Part shown: positions 48,224 through 62,671 of the stretch, piece after piece
How the letters are laid out: each line of letters begins with the position of its first letter
Numbering within the stretch: position 1 is the stretch's first letter
Source of the DNA: Mobula hypostoma
Taxonomy: Eukaryota
Length of the DNA: 64,000 bases
Direction: 5' to 3'
NCBI RefSeq assembly: GCF_963921235.1
Contig: NC_086097.1
Location: 102,922,001-102,986,000 of the forward strand
Made by a program: the position numbers and the translations under genes
The notes under the pieces: model-generated
What the model saw: the letters and a program-made list of their open reading frames with translations, nothing else
What the model was told of the DNA's origin: nothing
Databases searched by the model: none

Positions 48224-51200
48224 CTAAAGTCTGCTCGCTTTGGGGTTATATATTCAATCCATTTATTTCAAATTTGATAAAATGTTTCTTTTTGAATTCT
48301 CAGAGAGTAAGTCATCTATTCCATTTTAAATATTTCCAAGATAATTCCGTGCCAATCTTCTAATGTAGGTGGTATTGGGTTTAGCCACTTTCTAGTGATT
48401 GATTTCTTACTTGCTGCTAAAAGGGCCTGCAGCAACTTTATATCTTTCTTCTGTTCAAAAAACAATACATGCTCCAAATAGAGCGTCTCAAAGTTCAGAG
48501 GTATCTGGGTCTTAAGTACCTTAACTAATGTTCTATGAATACCTTTCCAATATAAACTTAATTTAGGGCAATCTCAGAAAATATGGAAATGATTTGCCTC
48601 CTTGGAGCCGCACCTTCTCCAACATGTCACGTTTGTGTCTTTATATTTTTCCTGATATGGGGTCTTGAAGTATCTTATATTTTTCCAACAATGTTCTCTC
48701 CAAATCAAAGAATTAGTCGAAGACCACTGAAAGCTACATATTTTCCCCCAAGCCTCCTCTGAAAGTACCAACCTCGCTTCTTTCTCCCACTTCTCTTTAA
48801 TATACAATGTGTTTACATTTTTAGCATGGGAGAGTGCATTATATAGTCGAGAAACTGATTTATTTGGTATTGAACTGTAGGCCGAATTCAGAATCTTGAA
48901 AATTTCTAATTCTACTGTTCATAAGTCTGTATATCTACAACTCTGGTTAACATAGTGTCGTACTTGAAGGTACCCAAAAACGTCATTGTGTTCTAGGCCG
49001 TGTTTCCCCTGCAGGAATTGGAAACTTTGTAATACTCTTTTATGTATAAATGAGAGGTAGGTTGTAAGACCTTTCTTTATCCATAGTTCACATCTTTTAT
49101 CTCCTCTGTTGGGAAGGAATTCGGTATCATATGCACACCATCTGAAAAGTTTTGACATATTATTGATTCCACATGAATTAACCACCTTCTGCCATACTTC
49201 TAATGTAAGATTTATCCAGCTGTTTTTAAACTTTTCCAGTTGGGCCATCAATCCTTTGTCTGCTATTGAGGCCTGTAGAGGAAAACTGTCAACCAATCCA
49301 AATTCTATTTCCTTCCATCTAGCCTTATATTCCCTGTTACACCAATATAACAGAGGGGTTATCTGTGAAGCATAAAAATAATTTCTCAAGCAAGGAAGTA
49401 CCATACCTCCTCCTCCCTTCCCTAACTGTAAGGTGCTATATGGAATTCTACGTTTCTTTCCTTGCCAGATAAAGCGGGAAATCCATTTGTCCCATTCCCT
49501 GAATTGATTATCATCCACCTCCACAGGTAAAGTCTGGAAAAGATAGAGTAACAGAGGGAGAATATTCATTTTTATGGTATTTATCCTTGAATTTAAACTT
49601 AAAAAGGGGATAAGATTCCATCTATGTATATCTGCTTTTATCTCTGAAATTAATGGCCCATAATTTACCTGTGACAGTGTTGAAAGATCCTTCGGCAGGG
49701 TTATTCCTAAATATTTTAATAATTTAGCTTTCCACTTAAGATTATATGTATCCTGCAATTTTTGGATGGTGTATAATTTAGAGACATAACCTGTGTTTTC
49801 TTTACATTTATTTTATAACCTGATATTTTCCCAAAGTCATCCAACAGTGTAAACAATCCTATAAATGATTTTTCTGGTTCACTCAGGTAGACCAAAACAT
49901 CATTTGCGAATAACGCCACTTGCTGTTCAATCCCTGACACCTTGATACCTTTTACAATTTCGTTCTGTCTCATTAGTTGGGCAAGTGGTTCAATGTACAG
50001 TGCAAAAAGAAGAGGAGAAATTGGGCATCCCTGTCTAGTTCTTCTCTCTAAAATAAAGGAGTCAGAGCGGTCCCCATTTATCTTAATTCGAGCTGTAGGG
50101 CTGTCATATAAAGTCTGGATTACTTTAATAAACTTTTCTTGAAAGCCGAATCTTCCTAACACTCTGTATAGGAATACCCAACTAACTGAATCAAAAACTT
50201 TCTCAGCGTCTAATCCCACTACCATTGTCTCTGTCCCGTTCTTAGTAACCTGTTCTAGTATGTGTAGATTTCTCCTTATGTTGTCCTGTGTTTGTCTTTG
50301 TTGAATAAATCCAATCTGGATTAGGCCAGGTAAAAGCTTTTCCAATCTGTGTGCTAATATAGATGTATATAGTTTATAATCTAAATTAAGAACACTAACT
50401 GGCCATTAATTACCACATTCTAGTTTATCTTTACCCTCTTTAGGAATAACTGAAATAATCGCTTCTCTCCAGGAAGGTGGAGTTTCTCCTCTCTGCAAAA
50501 TCCAATTAAAGGTGTTAAGTAGTAATGGGGCTAACTGTGACTTCAGTGATTTGTACCACTCTGAGGTAAACCCATCAGAACCTGGAGACTTTCCAGCCTT
50601 TAATCTAGAGATGGCCGCATTCAGTTCTTTGGTAGTTACTGGTTCTAATAGGCATTCATTTTGGAAATCTGTAAGCTTGGGTAGATCTAAAGAATTCAGT
50701 AAAGTGTCTATATAGGGCTCATTGGAGGCCCAGGGTTGAGAGTACAGCTCTCGATAATATGTTTCAAAACTCTCTTGAATTTTACCTGTTGTACTCTCCA
50801 CAAGCTTTGTCTTTGGATTCTTTATTTTATGAATTGTATTGCCTGCTTGTTGTTTACGTAATTTATATGCTAATAATCTAGCTGATTTACCTCCTACGTC
50901 ATAATCCTTTTGTCTCAGGTAAAGAAAATTTCTTTGAGTTTCCAATGTATAAATATCATCAATTTCACTTTGCAATTTCTTAATTTCCTGTTTTAAAGTA
51001 GAATTACTTTTGTTGCTATCTACAACTTGAAGTTGTTTTAATTTTCCTTGAAGGTCTGCTAATTTTTGTGCATTGATTTTTTTCATGTGTGTGTTAATGG
51101 AAATAATTTTCAGTGTATCCCATAAGGTCACTGGTGATGTTTCTCCCATGTCATTAAGGTCTAGGTATTCTTTGATTTCTCCCCTTAATCTCTCCATTAC

Positions 51201-51977
51201 TTTCGGGTTATTGAGTATATGTGAATTTAACCTCCATAGTGTTTTCCTCATTTTCCTTTCCAGGATTAGAGACATAGAGACTGGGCTATGATCCGACAGA
51301 TCAATTGTTGCAATATTACAGTCTTTTATCCTGAGTCTATCTGTATTAAAGATAAAGAAATAGTCTATCCTTGAATAGGCTGAATGAGGGAAAGAGTGAT
51401 GTGTATAATCTTTACTAGTGGAGTGTAATTCCCTCCACACATCTATAATTCCCAAATCCTCCATGAATAAATTCATTTTCCGAGTCAGAGGTTTATTCTG
51501 AGTAACTATTCTTGAAGAATCTAATGCAGGATTTAACCTAATATTAAAATCCCCTCCACAGATTACTACCCTTTGAGAACTGACCATTAGGTCAAAAATG
51601 TGTCTACAGAATGACCATTCACAGCCTGGTGGAGCATGAACATTCAGCAATGTTATTTCTGTACCTTCTATTCTTCCTGTAATTTTTACAAATCGTCCAT
51701 CTTTGTCTTTAGTCTCTGAAATATGTTCATAATTAAGAGTACTTGATATTAAAGTAGCTACCTCTCTTTTGTGGCTCGATTTATATGGTAAATAAAATAC
51801 ATGCTTAAAGCCCATTCTTTTTAATTTTTCATGTTCGGATTGGCTCATATGTGTTTCCTGGAGGAAAGCTATTTGTGCCCTCTCTTTTTTCAATTTAGAC
51901 ATAATCTTATTTCTTTTAATTGGATTCAAAACCCCATTAACATTATAGGAAATTATTTTTACCAGTTCAATTTGCAT
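48224..51977 (-). pseudogene. L1 ORF2, frameshifted
   Basis: ISYNVNG, LQETH, GGDFN, SRIDYF, SDHSP, LDAEKVFD, RQGCPISP, LFANDV, CWRRCG..HFHIF. Confidence 0.9.
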
Positions 51978-52333
51978 TTTTCTCTAGTAGAAAAAACACT
52001 CTCCTTTTCTAACCAAACAGTAAGCAATCCCTCCTCAACAGTAAACCAAAACATAACCACACCCTAAACATTTTTGAACGTATAACATTTGAAAATTTTC
52101 CCCAACTTCCAACAGTGAGGCCTGAGCACCAACTCGCCTCAGTTAAGAAGGATAACCTCTATCTTCACCCTGTGTTAGAGGGCCCTCAGCAGTGTGAATA
52201 ATCATAGAGAATTCTCTCCTATTTGTCTCGACCATATTGCTGTCATTCAAGTTATTCCGTCTAGTTTATTTTCAGTTACCAGCTTTCATTTTACCTTTAA
52301 GTCCGATTTACTCTTTTCAGTCATTTCTCTTAA

Positions 52334-53310
52334 TTAATCTATACTATCTGTATGTTCGCGTCTGAATATTTGCAGCTTCTCCTTGTAGTTTGACACTCTG
52401 GTTTGTGTGGAGTGTCCTTGCCGCACTGGCTGCCACGACTTCTGCCGAACCCTCTCCAGTAACGACTCCGGTTGGGTGATAACTTTAATAGGTAGTCCCC
52501 GGTCCGCCAGGTCCGACGTTGCCTCCTCCACCGTAGCGTAAGTTTTTGTCCCTTTGTCGTAAAAGGGACTGGATACAGGGTCTGGAATCTGATGTTGTTT
52601 TCCTTCAGGACCCTTCGTGTTTCTGCATATCCCTTCCGTCTGGCAAGGATCCCCGGTGCGTAATCGTAGTCTAAACTGGTTTTACAGTTGCTCCACATGA
52701 AACCTTTCTTTTGCCATGACCGTTTAAGCACCTCTTCCTTCGTTCTGTAACTGAGAAATCTGACTAAAATTGATCTGGGATGGGCGCCTGCCGGGGGTAG
52801 TGGTGCCAACGCGTGGTGGGCCCTTTCTATCTGTAGGTCTTTAGCGTCCGGTATATCAAGGTTCTCTCTAAGCAGCTTCTCCACGAAGGGAATCATCAAT
52901 CCGGGTTTACCTTCAGTTCCTTCGGAAACTCGGTAGACCCTCAGATTTTCCCTTCTTAAGCGGCCTTCTTGATCTATTAGCTTCCACTGGAGCTGCTCTT
53001 GTAGCTTTAGCATTTCTGCTATCACTTCCTCTGCATTCTGCAGCCTCTTCTCAATTCCTACAATCCTCATTTCGGCTTCGTCTAACCTTAACTTAGTTTT
53101 TACTATTTCTGCTTTAATATCTTCCAGCTGTTTGTTGTTATCTTGTTGGAACTCGCGAATCTCTCTGAGAATCAAGGACAGATTCACCGATTCTTCCTCA
53201 TTATCTCCGTTCTGGCTTGCCGTGGGGGAGCTAGGCCCGTTGCCTTGCTGCGTCTCTTTGTGTTTATCAGCCTTCTGAGCGGACTTTTTAACCTTGTTCT
53301 TAGACATCAT
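52334..53310 (-). pseudogene. L1 ORF1 (coiled coil, RRM, CTD) with a late frameshift
   Basis: KLIDQEGRLRRENLRVY, IERAHH, PRSILVRF, FQTLYP. Confidence 0.88.
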
Positions 53311-54156
53311 CCTTGCCCCTTTTATTAATATAGTTATACAATATTAAATATTTGTCTAATTTCGATTTTGGGGCAGTTTACCTTTTTTGTCGAGAGACCT
53401 TTTCCTTACGCCGCCATTCCCTTGATGACCTGGAAGTCCCCGACTCTCAGACTTTCATATGCCATTGTCAGCTTCTTCAGCCTGAGATGGTACTTGTGAC
53501 TGTTCCTGTTTACTTTGGGGATGCCTCTCCCTTTCTATTACTTGCATCTTCTGGCGACTTGGGTCCCCTGGCCACCTGACTGAACTCATCTTTATCCCCA
53601 ATTTTATTTGAGCCCAGTTTCCCCTCATTGTCTGTTATCATGTCTGCTTGTCCACTGGTAGTCCTCTCCTTTACATCTGAGACAGGGATGGGAGATTCAG
53701 AAATCTCTTCAAATCTTGGGGAGTTTGTATAAGGCAAAGCATACCATATTCCCATTTCTTTATATACTGAGTTTGCACAGTACTCAGTGGTTGGTCCCTC
53801 TTTGTGTCTTTCCATTGAAATCACACTGTCAGTGAGTTGCCTTTCTGTTCTCCTCCTTCTGTGTGGACTTCTACTAGGTGTAGGTTCGATGCCGGATCTG
53901 GGTCAACACATACTTTCTACCCTGGGTAGAAGATGATTCTGATGGAGAATTTTGACAGGACCATTCCCATCACGTAGCTTCACCCAGAAAACTGACAAAT
54001 TTGGCATCTGGCTGTCCACCATGTAAGGCGTAGACATCCAGTGGTTGGCCAACTTGTGCTTTTTTGGTAGCTCCAAATTTCTTATTAAAACTGTCTCCAG
54101 GCATCAACTGGGAGAACCTAATCTTTTGATTATCTCTCCTCTTGTTTCTTTGGTTT

Positions 54157-55068
54157 TAGACAATAGACAGTAGGTGCAGGAGTAGGCCATTTGGCCCTTC
54201 GAGTTAGCACAGCCATTCACTGTGATCATGGCTGATCATCCACAATCAGTATCCAGTTCCTGCCTTATCCCCATAACCTTTGATTCCGTTATCTTTAAGA
54301 ACTCTATCTATCTCTTTCTTGAAAGCATCCAGAGACTTGGCCTCCACAGCCTTCTGGGGCAGAGCATTCCATACATCCACCACTCCCTGGGTGAAAAAGT
54401 TTTTCCTCGACTCCGTTCTAAATGGCCTACCCTTTATTCTTAAACTGTGGCCTCTGGTTCTGGACTCACCCATCAGTGGGAACATGCTTCCTGCCTCCGG
54501 CATGTCCAATCCCTTAACAATCTTACATGTTTCAATAAGATCCCCTCTCAGCCTTCTAAATTTCAGAGTATACAAGCCCAGCCGCTCCAATCTTTCGACA
54601 TATGACAGACCCGCCATCCTGGGAATTAACCTTGTGAACCTACGCTGCACTCCCTCAATAGCAAGAATGTCCTTCCTCAAATCTGGAGACCAAACTGCAC
54701 ACAGTACTCCAGGTGTGATCTCACCAGGGCCCTGTACAGCTGCAGAAGGACCTCTTTGCTCTTGTACTCAATTCCCCTTGTCATGAAGACCAGCATGCCA
54801 TTAGCTTTCTTCACTGCCTGCTGTACTTGCATGCTTGCTTTCAGTGACTGATGTACAAGAATACCTAGATCTCATTGTGCTTCCCCTTTTCCTAACTTGA
54901 CTCCATTTAGATAATAATCTGCCTTCCTGTTTTTACCACTAAAGTGGATAACCTCACATTTATCCACATTAAACTCCATCTGCATGCATCTGCCCACTCA
55001 CCCAGCCTGTCCAAGTCACCCTGCATTCTCATAACATCCTCCTCACATTTCACGCTGCCACCCAGCTT
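54157..55068 (-). mobile_element. 5'-truncated CR1 nested in Gypsy 2 integrase
   Basis: tagacaatagacag tail; RKDILAIEGVQRRFTRLIP; truncation at TKLGG. Confidence 0.92.
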
Positions 55069-55570
55069 GGTAGCAGAGACCACTGAAAGCTCATAAGCCT
55101 TTTGCATGTCAGATAATATTTCAGATGCATCTTCTGCAGCAAGTCTTCACCACTGGTTCCAAAACAGAGATCTACAGGTAATCTCAGCTCATGTCCAAAT
55201 TTCAAATAGTATGGTGGGTAGCCAGTGGCTTCATTCTGTGTACGGTTGTAGCAGTGTACCGAATATCCAAAATCGTGGCTTCACCTGTTCTTTTTGTTGG
55301 CATCCAGATTCCAAGTAGCAATGTCAAATTGAGCCTTTCAGGTGAGGATCACCCTGAGGGTGATATGGTGTGGTCTTCGACTCCTCAACTCCAAGCATGC
55401 CCAGTAACTCATGTATGAACCGACTCTCAAAACCCCTTCCCTGATCACTTCTCTGGAGACCATAATGAATAAAATATTTCTCCTATAACACTTCGGAAAC
55501 TGTGGATGCTCTCTGATCCTTTGTGGGGAAGGTTTGAGCATATCTGGAGTAGTGATCCGTGATGACAGAG

Positions 55571-58500
55571 ACATAGAAACGTAGAAAATAGGAGCAGGAT
55601 TAGGCCATTCGGCTGATCATCCAACTCAGAACCCTGTACCTCCCTTCTCTCCATACCCCCTGATCCCTTTAGCCACAAGGGCCATACCTAACTCCCTCTT
55701 AAATATAGCCAATGAACTGGCCTCAACTGTTTCCTGTGGCAGAGAATTCCACAGATTCACCACTCTCTGTGTGAAGAAGTTTTTCCTAATCTCAGTCCTA
55801 AAAGGCTTCCCCTTTATCCTCAAACTGTGACCCCTCGTTTTGGACTTCCCCAATATCGGGAACAATCTTCCTGCATCTAGCCTGTCCAATCCTTTTAGGA
55901 TTTTATAGAGTTCAATAAGATCTCTTCCCCCCCCCCCCCGCCAATCTTCTAAATTCCAGTGAGTATAAGCCTAGTCGATCCAGTCTTTCATCATATGAAA
56001 GTCCTGCCATCCCAGGAATCAATCTGGTGAACCTTCTTTGTAATCCCTCTATAGCAAGAATGTCTTTCCTCAGATTAGGGGACCAAAACTGCACACAATA
56101 CTCCAGGTGTGGTCTCACCAAGGCCTTGTACAACTGCAGTAGTACCTCCCTGCTCCTGTCCTTGAATCCTCTTGCTATGAATGCCAGCATACCATTCGCC
56201 TTTTTCACCGCCTGCTGTATCTGCATGCCCACTTTCAATGACTGGTGTACAATGACACCCAGGTCTCGTTGCACCTTCCCTTTTCCTAATCGGCCACCAT
56301 TGAGATAATCTGTTTTCCTGTTTTTGCCACCAAAATGGATAACCTCACATTTATCCACATTAAATTGTATCTGCCATGAATTTGCCCACTCAGCTAACCT
56401 ATCCAAGTCACCCTGCATCCTCTTAGCATCCTGCTCACAGCTAACACTGCCGCCCAGCTTCGTGTCATCCGCAAACTTGGAGATGCTGCATTTAATTCCC
56501 TCGTCTAAGTCATTAATATATATTGTAAACAACTGGGGTCCCAGCACTGAACCTTGTGATACCCCACTAGTCACTGCCTGCCATTCTGAAAAGGTCCAGT
56601 TTATTCCCACTCTTTGCTTCCTGTCTGTCAACCAATTCTCTATCCACATCAATACCATACCCCCAATACCATGTGCTTTAAGTTTGCACACTAATCTCCT
56701 GTGTGGGACCTTGTCAAAAGCCTTTTGAAAATCCAAGTATACCACATCCACTGGTTCTTCCCTATCCACTCTACTAGTTACATCCTCAAAAAATTCTATG
56801 AGATTCGTCAGACATGATTTTCCTTTCACAAATCCATGCTGACTTTGTCCGATGATTTCACCGCTTTTCCAAATGTGCTGTTATCACATCTTTGATAACT
56901 GACTCTAGCATTTTCCCCACCACTGATGTTAGGCTAACTGGTCTATAATTCCCCGGTTTCTCTCTCTCTCCTTTTTTAAAAAGCAGGGTTATGTTAGCCA
57001 CCCTCCAATCCTCCAGAATCTAAAGTGTTTTGAAAAATTATCACTAATGCATCCACTATTTCTTGGGCTGCTTCCTTAAGCACTCCGGGATGCAGACCAT
57101 CTGGCCCTGGGGATTTATCTGCCTTTAATCCCTTCAATATACCTAACACCACTTCCCTACAAACATGTATTTTCTTCAGTTCCTCCATCTCACTAGACCC
57201 TCGGTCCCCTACTATTTCCGGAAGATTATTTATGTCCTCCTTAGTGAAGACAGAAGCAAAGTAGTTATTCAATTGGTCTGCCATGTCCTTGTTCCCCATG
57301 ATCAATTCACCTGTTTCTGACTGTAAGGGACCTACATTTGTCTGAACCAATCTTTTTCTTTTCACATATCTATAAAAGCTTTTACAGTCAGTTTTTATGT
57401 TCCCTGCCAGTTTTCTCTCATCATCTTTTTTCCCTTTCCTAATTAAGCCCTTTGTCCTCCTCTGCTGGACTCTGAATTTCTCCCAGTCCTTAGGTGAGCC
57501 ACTTTTTCTGGCTAATTTGTATGTTTCTTCTTTGGAATTGATACTATCCTTAATTTCCCTTGTCAGCCACGGGTGCACTACCTTCCCTGGTTTATTCTTT
57601 TGCCAAACTGGGATGAACAATTATTGTAGTTCATCCATGCGAGCTTTAAATGCTTGCCATTGCATATCCACCGTCAACCATTTAAGTATCGTTTGCCAGT
57701 CTATCTTAGCTAATTCACGTCTCATACCTTCAAAGTTACACTTCTTTAAGTTCAGAACCTTTGTTTCCGAATTAACTATGTCACTCTCCATCTTAATGAA
57801 GAATTCCACCATATTATGGTCACTCTTTCCCAAGGGGCCTCTCACGACATGATTGCTAATTAACCCTTCCTCATTGCTCCGTACCCAGTCTAGAATAGCC
57901 TGCTCTCTAGTTGATTCCTCGACGTGTTGGTTCAGAAAATCATCCCGCATACATTCCAAGAAATCCTCTTCCTCAGCACCCTTACCAATTTGGTTCACCC
58001 AATCTATATGTAGATTGAAGTCACCCATTATAACTGCTGTTCCTTTATTGCACGCATTTCTAATTTCCTGTTTAATGCCATCCCCAACCTCACTACTACT
58101 GTTAGGTGGCCTGTACACAACTCCCACCAGCGTTTTCTGCCCCTTAGTGTTATGCAGCTCTACCCATATTGATTCCACATCCTCCTGGCTAATGTCCTTC
58201 CTTTCTATTGCGTTGATCTCCTCTCTAACCAGCAATGCGACCCCACCTCCTTTTCTTTCATGTCTATCCCTCCTGAATATTGAATATCCCTGAATGTTGA
58301 ACTCCCATCCTTGGTCACCCTGGAGCCATGTCTCTGTGTTCCCAACTATATCATATTCATTAATAACAATCTGCACTTTTAATTCATCCACCTTGTTACC
58401 AATGCTCCTTGCATTGACACACAAAGCCTTCAGGCTTGCTTTTCCAACACTCTTAGCCCTTATACAATTATGTTGAAAAGTGGCCCTTTTTGATTTTTGT

Positions 58501-59848
58501 CCTGGATTTGCCGGCCTGCCAGTTTTACTTTTCACCTTACTACTTTTTGCTTCTACCCTCATTTTACACCCCTCTGTTTCTCTGCACTTGTTCCCATCCC
58601 CCTGCCACATTAGTTTAAATCCTCCTGAAGAACAGTAGCAAACGCTTCCCCTAGGACATTGGTTCCAGTCCAGCCCAGGTGCAGACTGTCCTGTTTGTAC
58701 TGGTTCCACCTCCTCCAGAACTGGTTCCAATGCCCCAGAAATTTGAATCCCTCCCCCTTGCACCATTTTTCAAGCCACGTATTCATCTGATATATCCTCC
58801 TATTTCTACTCTGACTAGCACGTGGCACTGGTAGTAATTCAGAGATTATTACCTTTGTGGTCCTACTTTTTAGTTTATCTCCTAACTCCCTGAATTCACC
58901 TTATAGGACCTCATCCCGTTTTTTTCCTATATCGATGGTACTTATGTGCACCACATCCACTGGCTATTCACCCTCCCGCTCCAGAATGTCCTGCAGCCGC
59001 TCAGAGACATCCTTGACCCTTGCACCAGGGAGGCAACATACCCTCCTGGAGTCTTGTTTGTGGCCACAGAAACACCTATCTATTCCCCTTACAATCGAAT
59101 CCCCTATCACTATGGCTCTCCCACTCCTTTTCCTTCCCTCCTATGCCGCAGAGCCACCCATGGTGCTATGAACTCGGCGGCTGCTGCTGCTGCCTTCCCC
59201 TGATGAGACATCTCCCCAACAGTATCCAAAACAGTATATCTGTTTAGGAGGGAGATGACCTCAGGGGACTTCTGCACTACCTGCCTACTGCTACGCTGTT
59301 TAGTGGCCACCCATTCCCTTTCTGCCTGTGTAACCTTTACCTGCGGTGTGGCCAACTCACTGAACGTGCTATTCACGACTTTCTCAGCATCACGGATGCT
59401 CCAGTATGAATCCAGTCACAGCTCCAGCTGCTCAATGCGGTCTGCCAGAAGCTGCAGCTAGACCCAGTTCCTGCACACATAGTCGTCATAGACACTGGAA
59501 GTATCCCTGATTTCCCACATGCTGCAGGAGGAACAAACCACGGGGCCGATCTCAGCTGTTATGACCTACCCAATACGCTACAGCCTCGCCGCCTTCCTTG
59601 CTTCAAATAAAATACCGCTGCAGACCGTTCTCCTTTTAAAGGAACTTACCCGGCCTTACCTCACTTGGAGTGAAGCTCGTCCTCAATTTCTGCTCGCTGA
59701 AGCCTCTCGAGACAAAGCCTTCCTACTCTGTCTCCCTCTACTCCGCTGCCCGCTCCGTCAAACTGCTCTCTTTTAAATACTCCCGCTGCCTCACGGAGTG
59801 ACTTACACGTGCTTGTGCAGTCTTGTCCCGATTAACCACCGAGAAAAA
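55571..59848 (-). mobile_element. Full-length, relatively young CR1 (~4.3 kb) nested in Gypsy 2 integrase
   Basis: acatagaa 8-mer tail; ORF2 (NARSI, ETW, GDFN, SDH, YLDFQKAFD, QGSVLGP, FADD) with few lesions; ORF1 zinc-finger/coiled-coil plus SGNH esterase; CpG-rich 5' UTR. Confidence 0.93.
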
Positions 59849-61354
59849 TTTGCAGCGTTACTGGAATCAGGCTCTGTATGGAGAGGAAATCCACACACAT
59901 TAAATCAAGTGATCCCATACTTTGCAATTGAGATTATGGAACAACTCTCATAGGCAGCGTCTTTGTCCGAATATATCAGTTGCATGACTTGCAGTACTTT
60001 TTAACCTCCAGCTAGATCCGGGGCAATAGAACTGGTCTTGGACCAACCTGTAGGTCTTGCGAAACCTCAAATAACCTGGATCATCATGAAGTGACTTTAG
60101 TACAATCCTCCAGTACTTCTCAGGCAAAACCAACTGGGAGTGTTGAGGTTAGTTTGGGGGAGACGTGACCCTGTATAAAACTTTGTTTCTCAACTCCATT
60201 TTGTTCCGTTCCCTCATCAGTAGGGGTATGGTGGGGTGTTTTGTCTTCTCAACTTGGACCATATCCCCTTTGACAACAGATGATCAAATCGCACCTATGC
60301 AAGGGTTGTCTCGCTGGGCTGCTGCCCATTCTGCAGGACTCAGGGCAGGTAACTGCTTCATATCCAGAGTGGTCAAGTTGCAATATGCTTGAGAAATGAC
60401 ACAATTTGAAGCACCCAAATGATCCATAGCTTTACCATGCCATAGCCTTGCCTCTGATTTCCCCACTGCAGAAAACTGGCATATTGCTTTAGCACCAGAG
60501 GAAGGAACGCTCTCCCACTCTCCGTCCATTTCCAGCACCTCATGCGAATGTTAGGACAACAGATCTGCATCAGTGCTCTGACTCCCTGACTGACATTTCA
60601 GGATGAAATCATAAACAGACAATGCTGCCAACTACCGATGACCTGTGATATCCAACTGGGGTCAGGATATAAGTCACTGAATTGCTGTCAATCCCCTCCT
60701 AGAACTTGTTCACCATATAGATGGTCAGTTAACTTGTCCACCACAGCCCCTTTCAATGTCAGAAACTCCAATTTGTGTGTAGGGTAGTTTTGTTTAGATG
60801 GTGACTGACTCCGGCTGATGAAAGCAACAGTTCTCAAACCTTTTTCTTTGGTCCTGATATAGAACACAGCCTAAGCCCTCACAGCTGGTGTCTGTATGCA
60901 GTACATACAGCAACTGGGGGTTTGCAAAGCTCAGCACAGGTGCTTCCGTCGGCAACTCTTTCAGCAGCTGAAAGGCCGCTTCACATTTTGCAGCCCACCT
61001 TTCTCTGAAAGGTTTCAAAGGGCTAGGATAAACCTTGCCGCCTTCAACTTTTGTTCTCCACCCTTTCTTCCCCAAGAGTGGATAACTACACAGAAGCTGA
61101 TTCAAAGGGTGGCTTACTCCAGAGTAGTCCAACATAAATCTCTGGTAGTACCCACAGAATCCAAGAAATGAATGTAGGGCACTCACATTCTTGGGCCTTG
61201 GTCATGTGGTCACCATCTCTATCTTGGACGGATCTGTAGCCACTCCATCCTGTGAGACTGTGTCCGACATAGTTTACTGATGTCTTACAGAACTGGCACT
61301 TGTTCGGTGACAATTTTAACCTTTCAGGCGGTCTAGCACCTTCAGTAGCCTTGT

Positions 61355-61972
61355 ATTGAATTGACTTTTACATGAGTAAAAATCTTTACATTACATCTCT
61401 GTCTAAATGTGCAATTTATAGTCATTTATAATAAATAGTATGTACTATAGGATAGTCAATATAACATAGAAATACAGTTATGTCAGCATGAATTAAGCAG
61501 TCTGATGGTCTGGTGGAAGAAGCTGTCCCCGAGCCTGTTGGTCCGTGCTTTTATGCTGCAGTACAGTTTCCCAGTTGGTAGCAGCTGGAACAGTTTGTGG
61601 TTGGGGTGACTCGGGTCCCCAATAATCTTTCAGGCCCTTTTTACACACTTGTCTTTGTAAATGTCCTGAATAATGGGAAGTTCACATCTACAGATGTGCT
61701 GGGCTGTCCGCAGCACCATTTGCAGTCCTGTGATTGAGGGAAGTACAGTTCAAGTACCAGGTAGTGATTCAGCCAGTCAAGATGCTCTCAATTGTGCCCC
61801 CGTAGAAAGCTCTTAGAATTTGGGGGGAGCCATAATAAACTACTTCAACTGTCTGAGATGGAAGAGGCGCTGTTGTGCCTTTTGAACCACACAGTCGGTA
61901 TGTACAGACCTTGTGAGACCTTCGGTGATGTTTATGGTGAGGAACTTAAAGCTGTTCACCCTCTCAACCCCA
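61355..61972 (-). mobile_element. Rex1/Babar-like LINE 3' fragment within Gypsy 2
   Basis: VERVNSFKFL..QKAQQRLFHLRQLK; tail gtattgaattga. Confidence 0.85.
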
Positions 61973-62180
61973 GCACTCTTAAGTAGCAGTTGGTCAGGAA
62001 TTCTAATATCCACCCCACTCAAAACACAGGCATGACTTGTGGGTAATGACTTTGAATCACACCAAACCTTAATCCCCGTGACAGCTGTAATAAATTACCT
62101 TAATTATGACACACCTCAACACGTAAATAAACGCACAATATACAGCTTAATTCTTAAACAACAATCATACGGCATCCAAA

Positions 62181-62198
62181 ATCCCAGATGAGCCCCCA
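62181..62198 (-). other. tRNA-Pro PBS of Gypsy 2
   Basis: Minus strand TGGGGGCTCATCTGGGAT (16/18 to the canonical PBS). Confidence 0.8.
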
Positions 62199-62354
62199 CA
62201 AATGCAACCCTCTCACTGGGGCTTGTACACCAACTTGACTTGTTAGCTGGCTGTGCTTACAGCCATGTGACTAAGCAGTGAGAATGCCAACTGTCATAAG
62301 CAATACTCGTCTAGGGTCGTCATGATTTGGTGCTCAACCAAGCAGGAACATTGG

Positions 62355-62570
62355 GAAGTTAAATTAAGTAGTGCATTAAATTAAACAAGTAGTGCAAAAA
62401 ACAGGAAAAAAAAAGTAGTGAGGTGTGCTCATGGGTTCAATGTTAATTCAGAAATCTGATGGCAGAGGGGAAAAAGCTGTTCCTGAATGTTTGAGTGTGT
62501 GCCTTCAAGCTCCTGTACCTCCTCCCTGATGGCAGCAATGAGAAGAGTGCATGTCCTCGGTGGTAAAGTT
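62355..62570 (-). mobile_element. Rex1/Babar-like LINE 3' fragment
   Basis: GHALFSLLPSGRRYRSLKAHTQTFRNSFFPSAIRFLN. Confidence 0.8.
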
Positions 62571-62671
62571 TTTTTGTTGTGCAGGGGTGGGGTTGGGTTT
62601 GTTGTTTCTCTTTGAACCTGACTTCCATGGTTTTCTTTGTTCTGTGGCTATCTGGATAAGGATCTCAGAAT

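Larger units (their letters stand above)
47510..53441 (-). mobile_element. Full-length L1-clade LINE 2 (~5.9 kb)
   Basis: 5' GGGGACTTCCAGG..ATGGCGGCG start, ORF1, spacer, ORF2, A-rich tail, short imperfect TSD gact(t/c)tc. Confidence 0.93.
47270..62350 (-). mobile_element. Second Gypsy element (relative of element 1), fragmented by four LINE insertions; most of gag/PR missing
   Basis: Integrase tail at 47440-47507 and 53442-54156, integrase core at 55069-55570 and 59849-60300, RT/RNaseH at 60600-61350, gag start at 61973-62090, tRNA-Pro PBS at 62181-62198 followed by TG of an LTR at 62203; outer limits uncertain. Confidence 0.8.
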
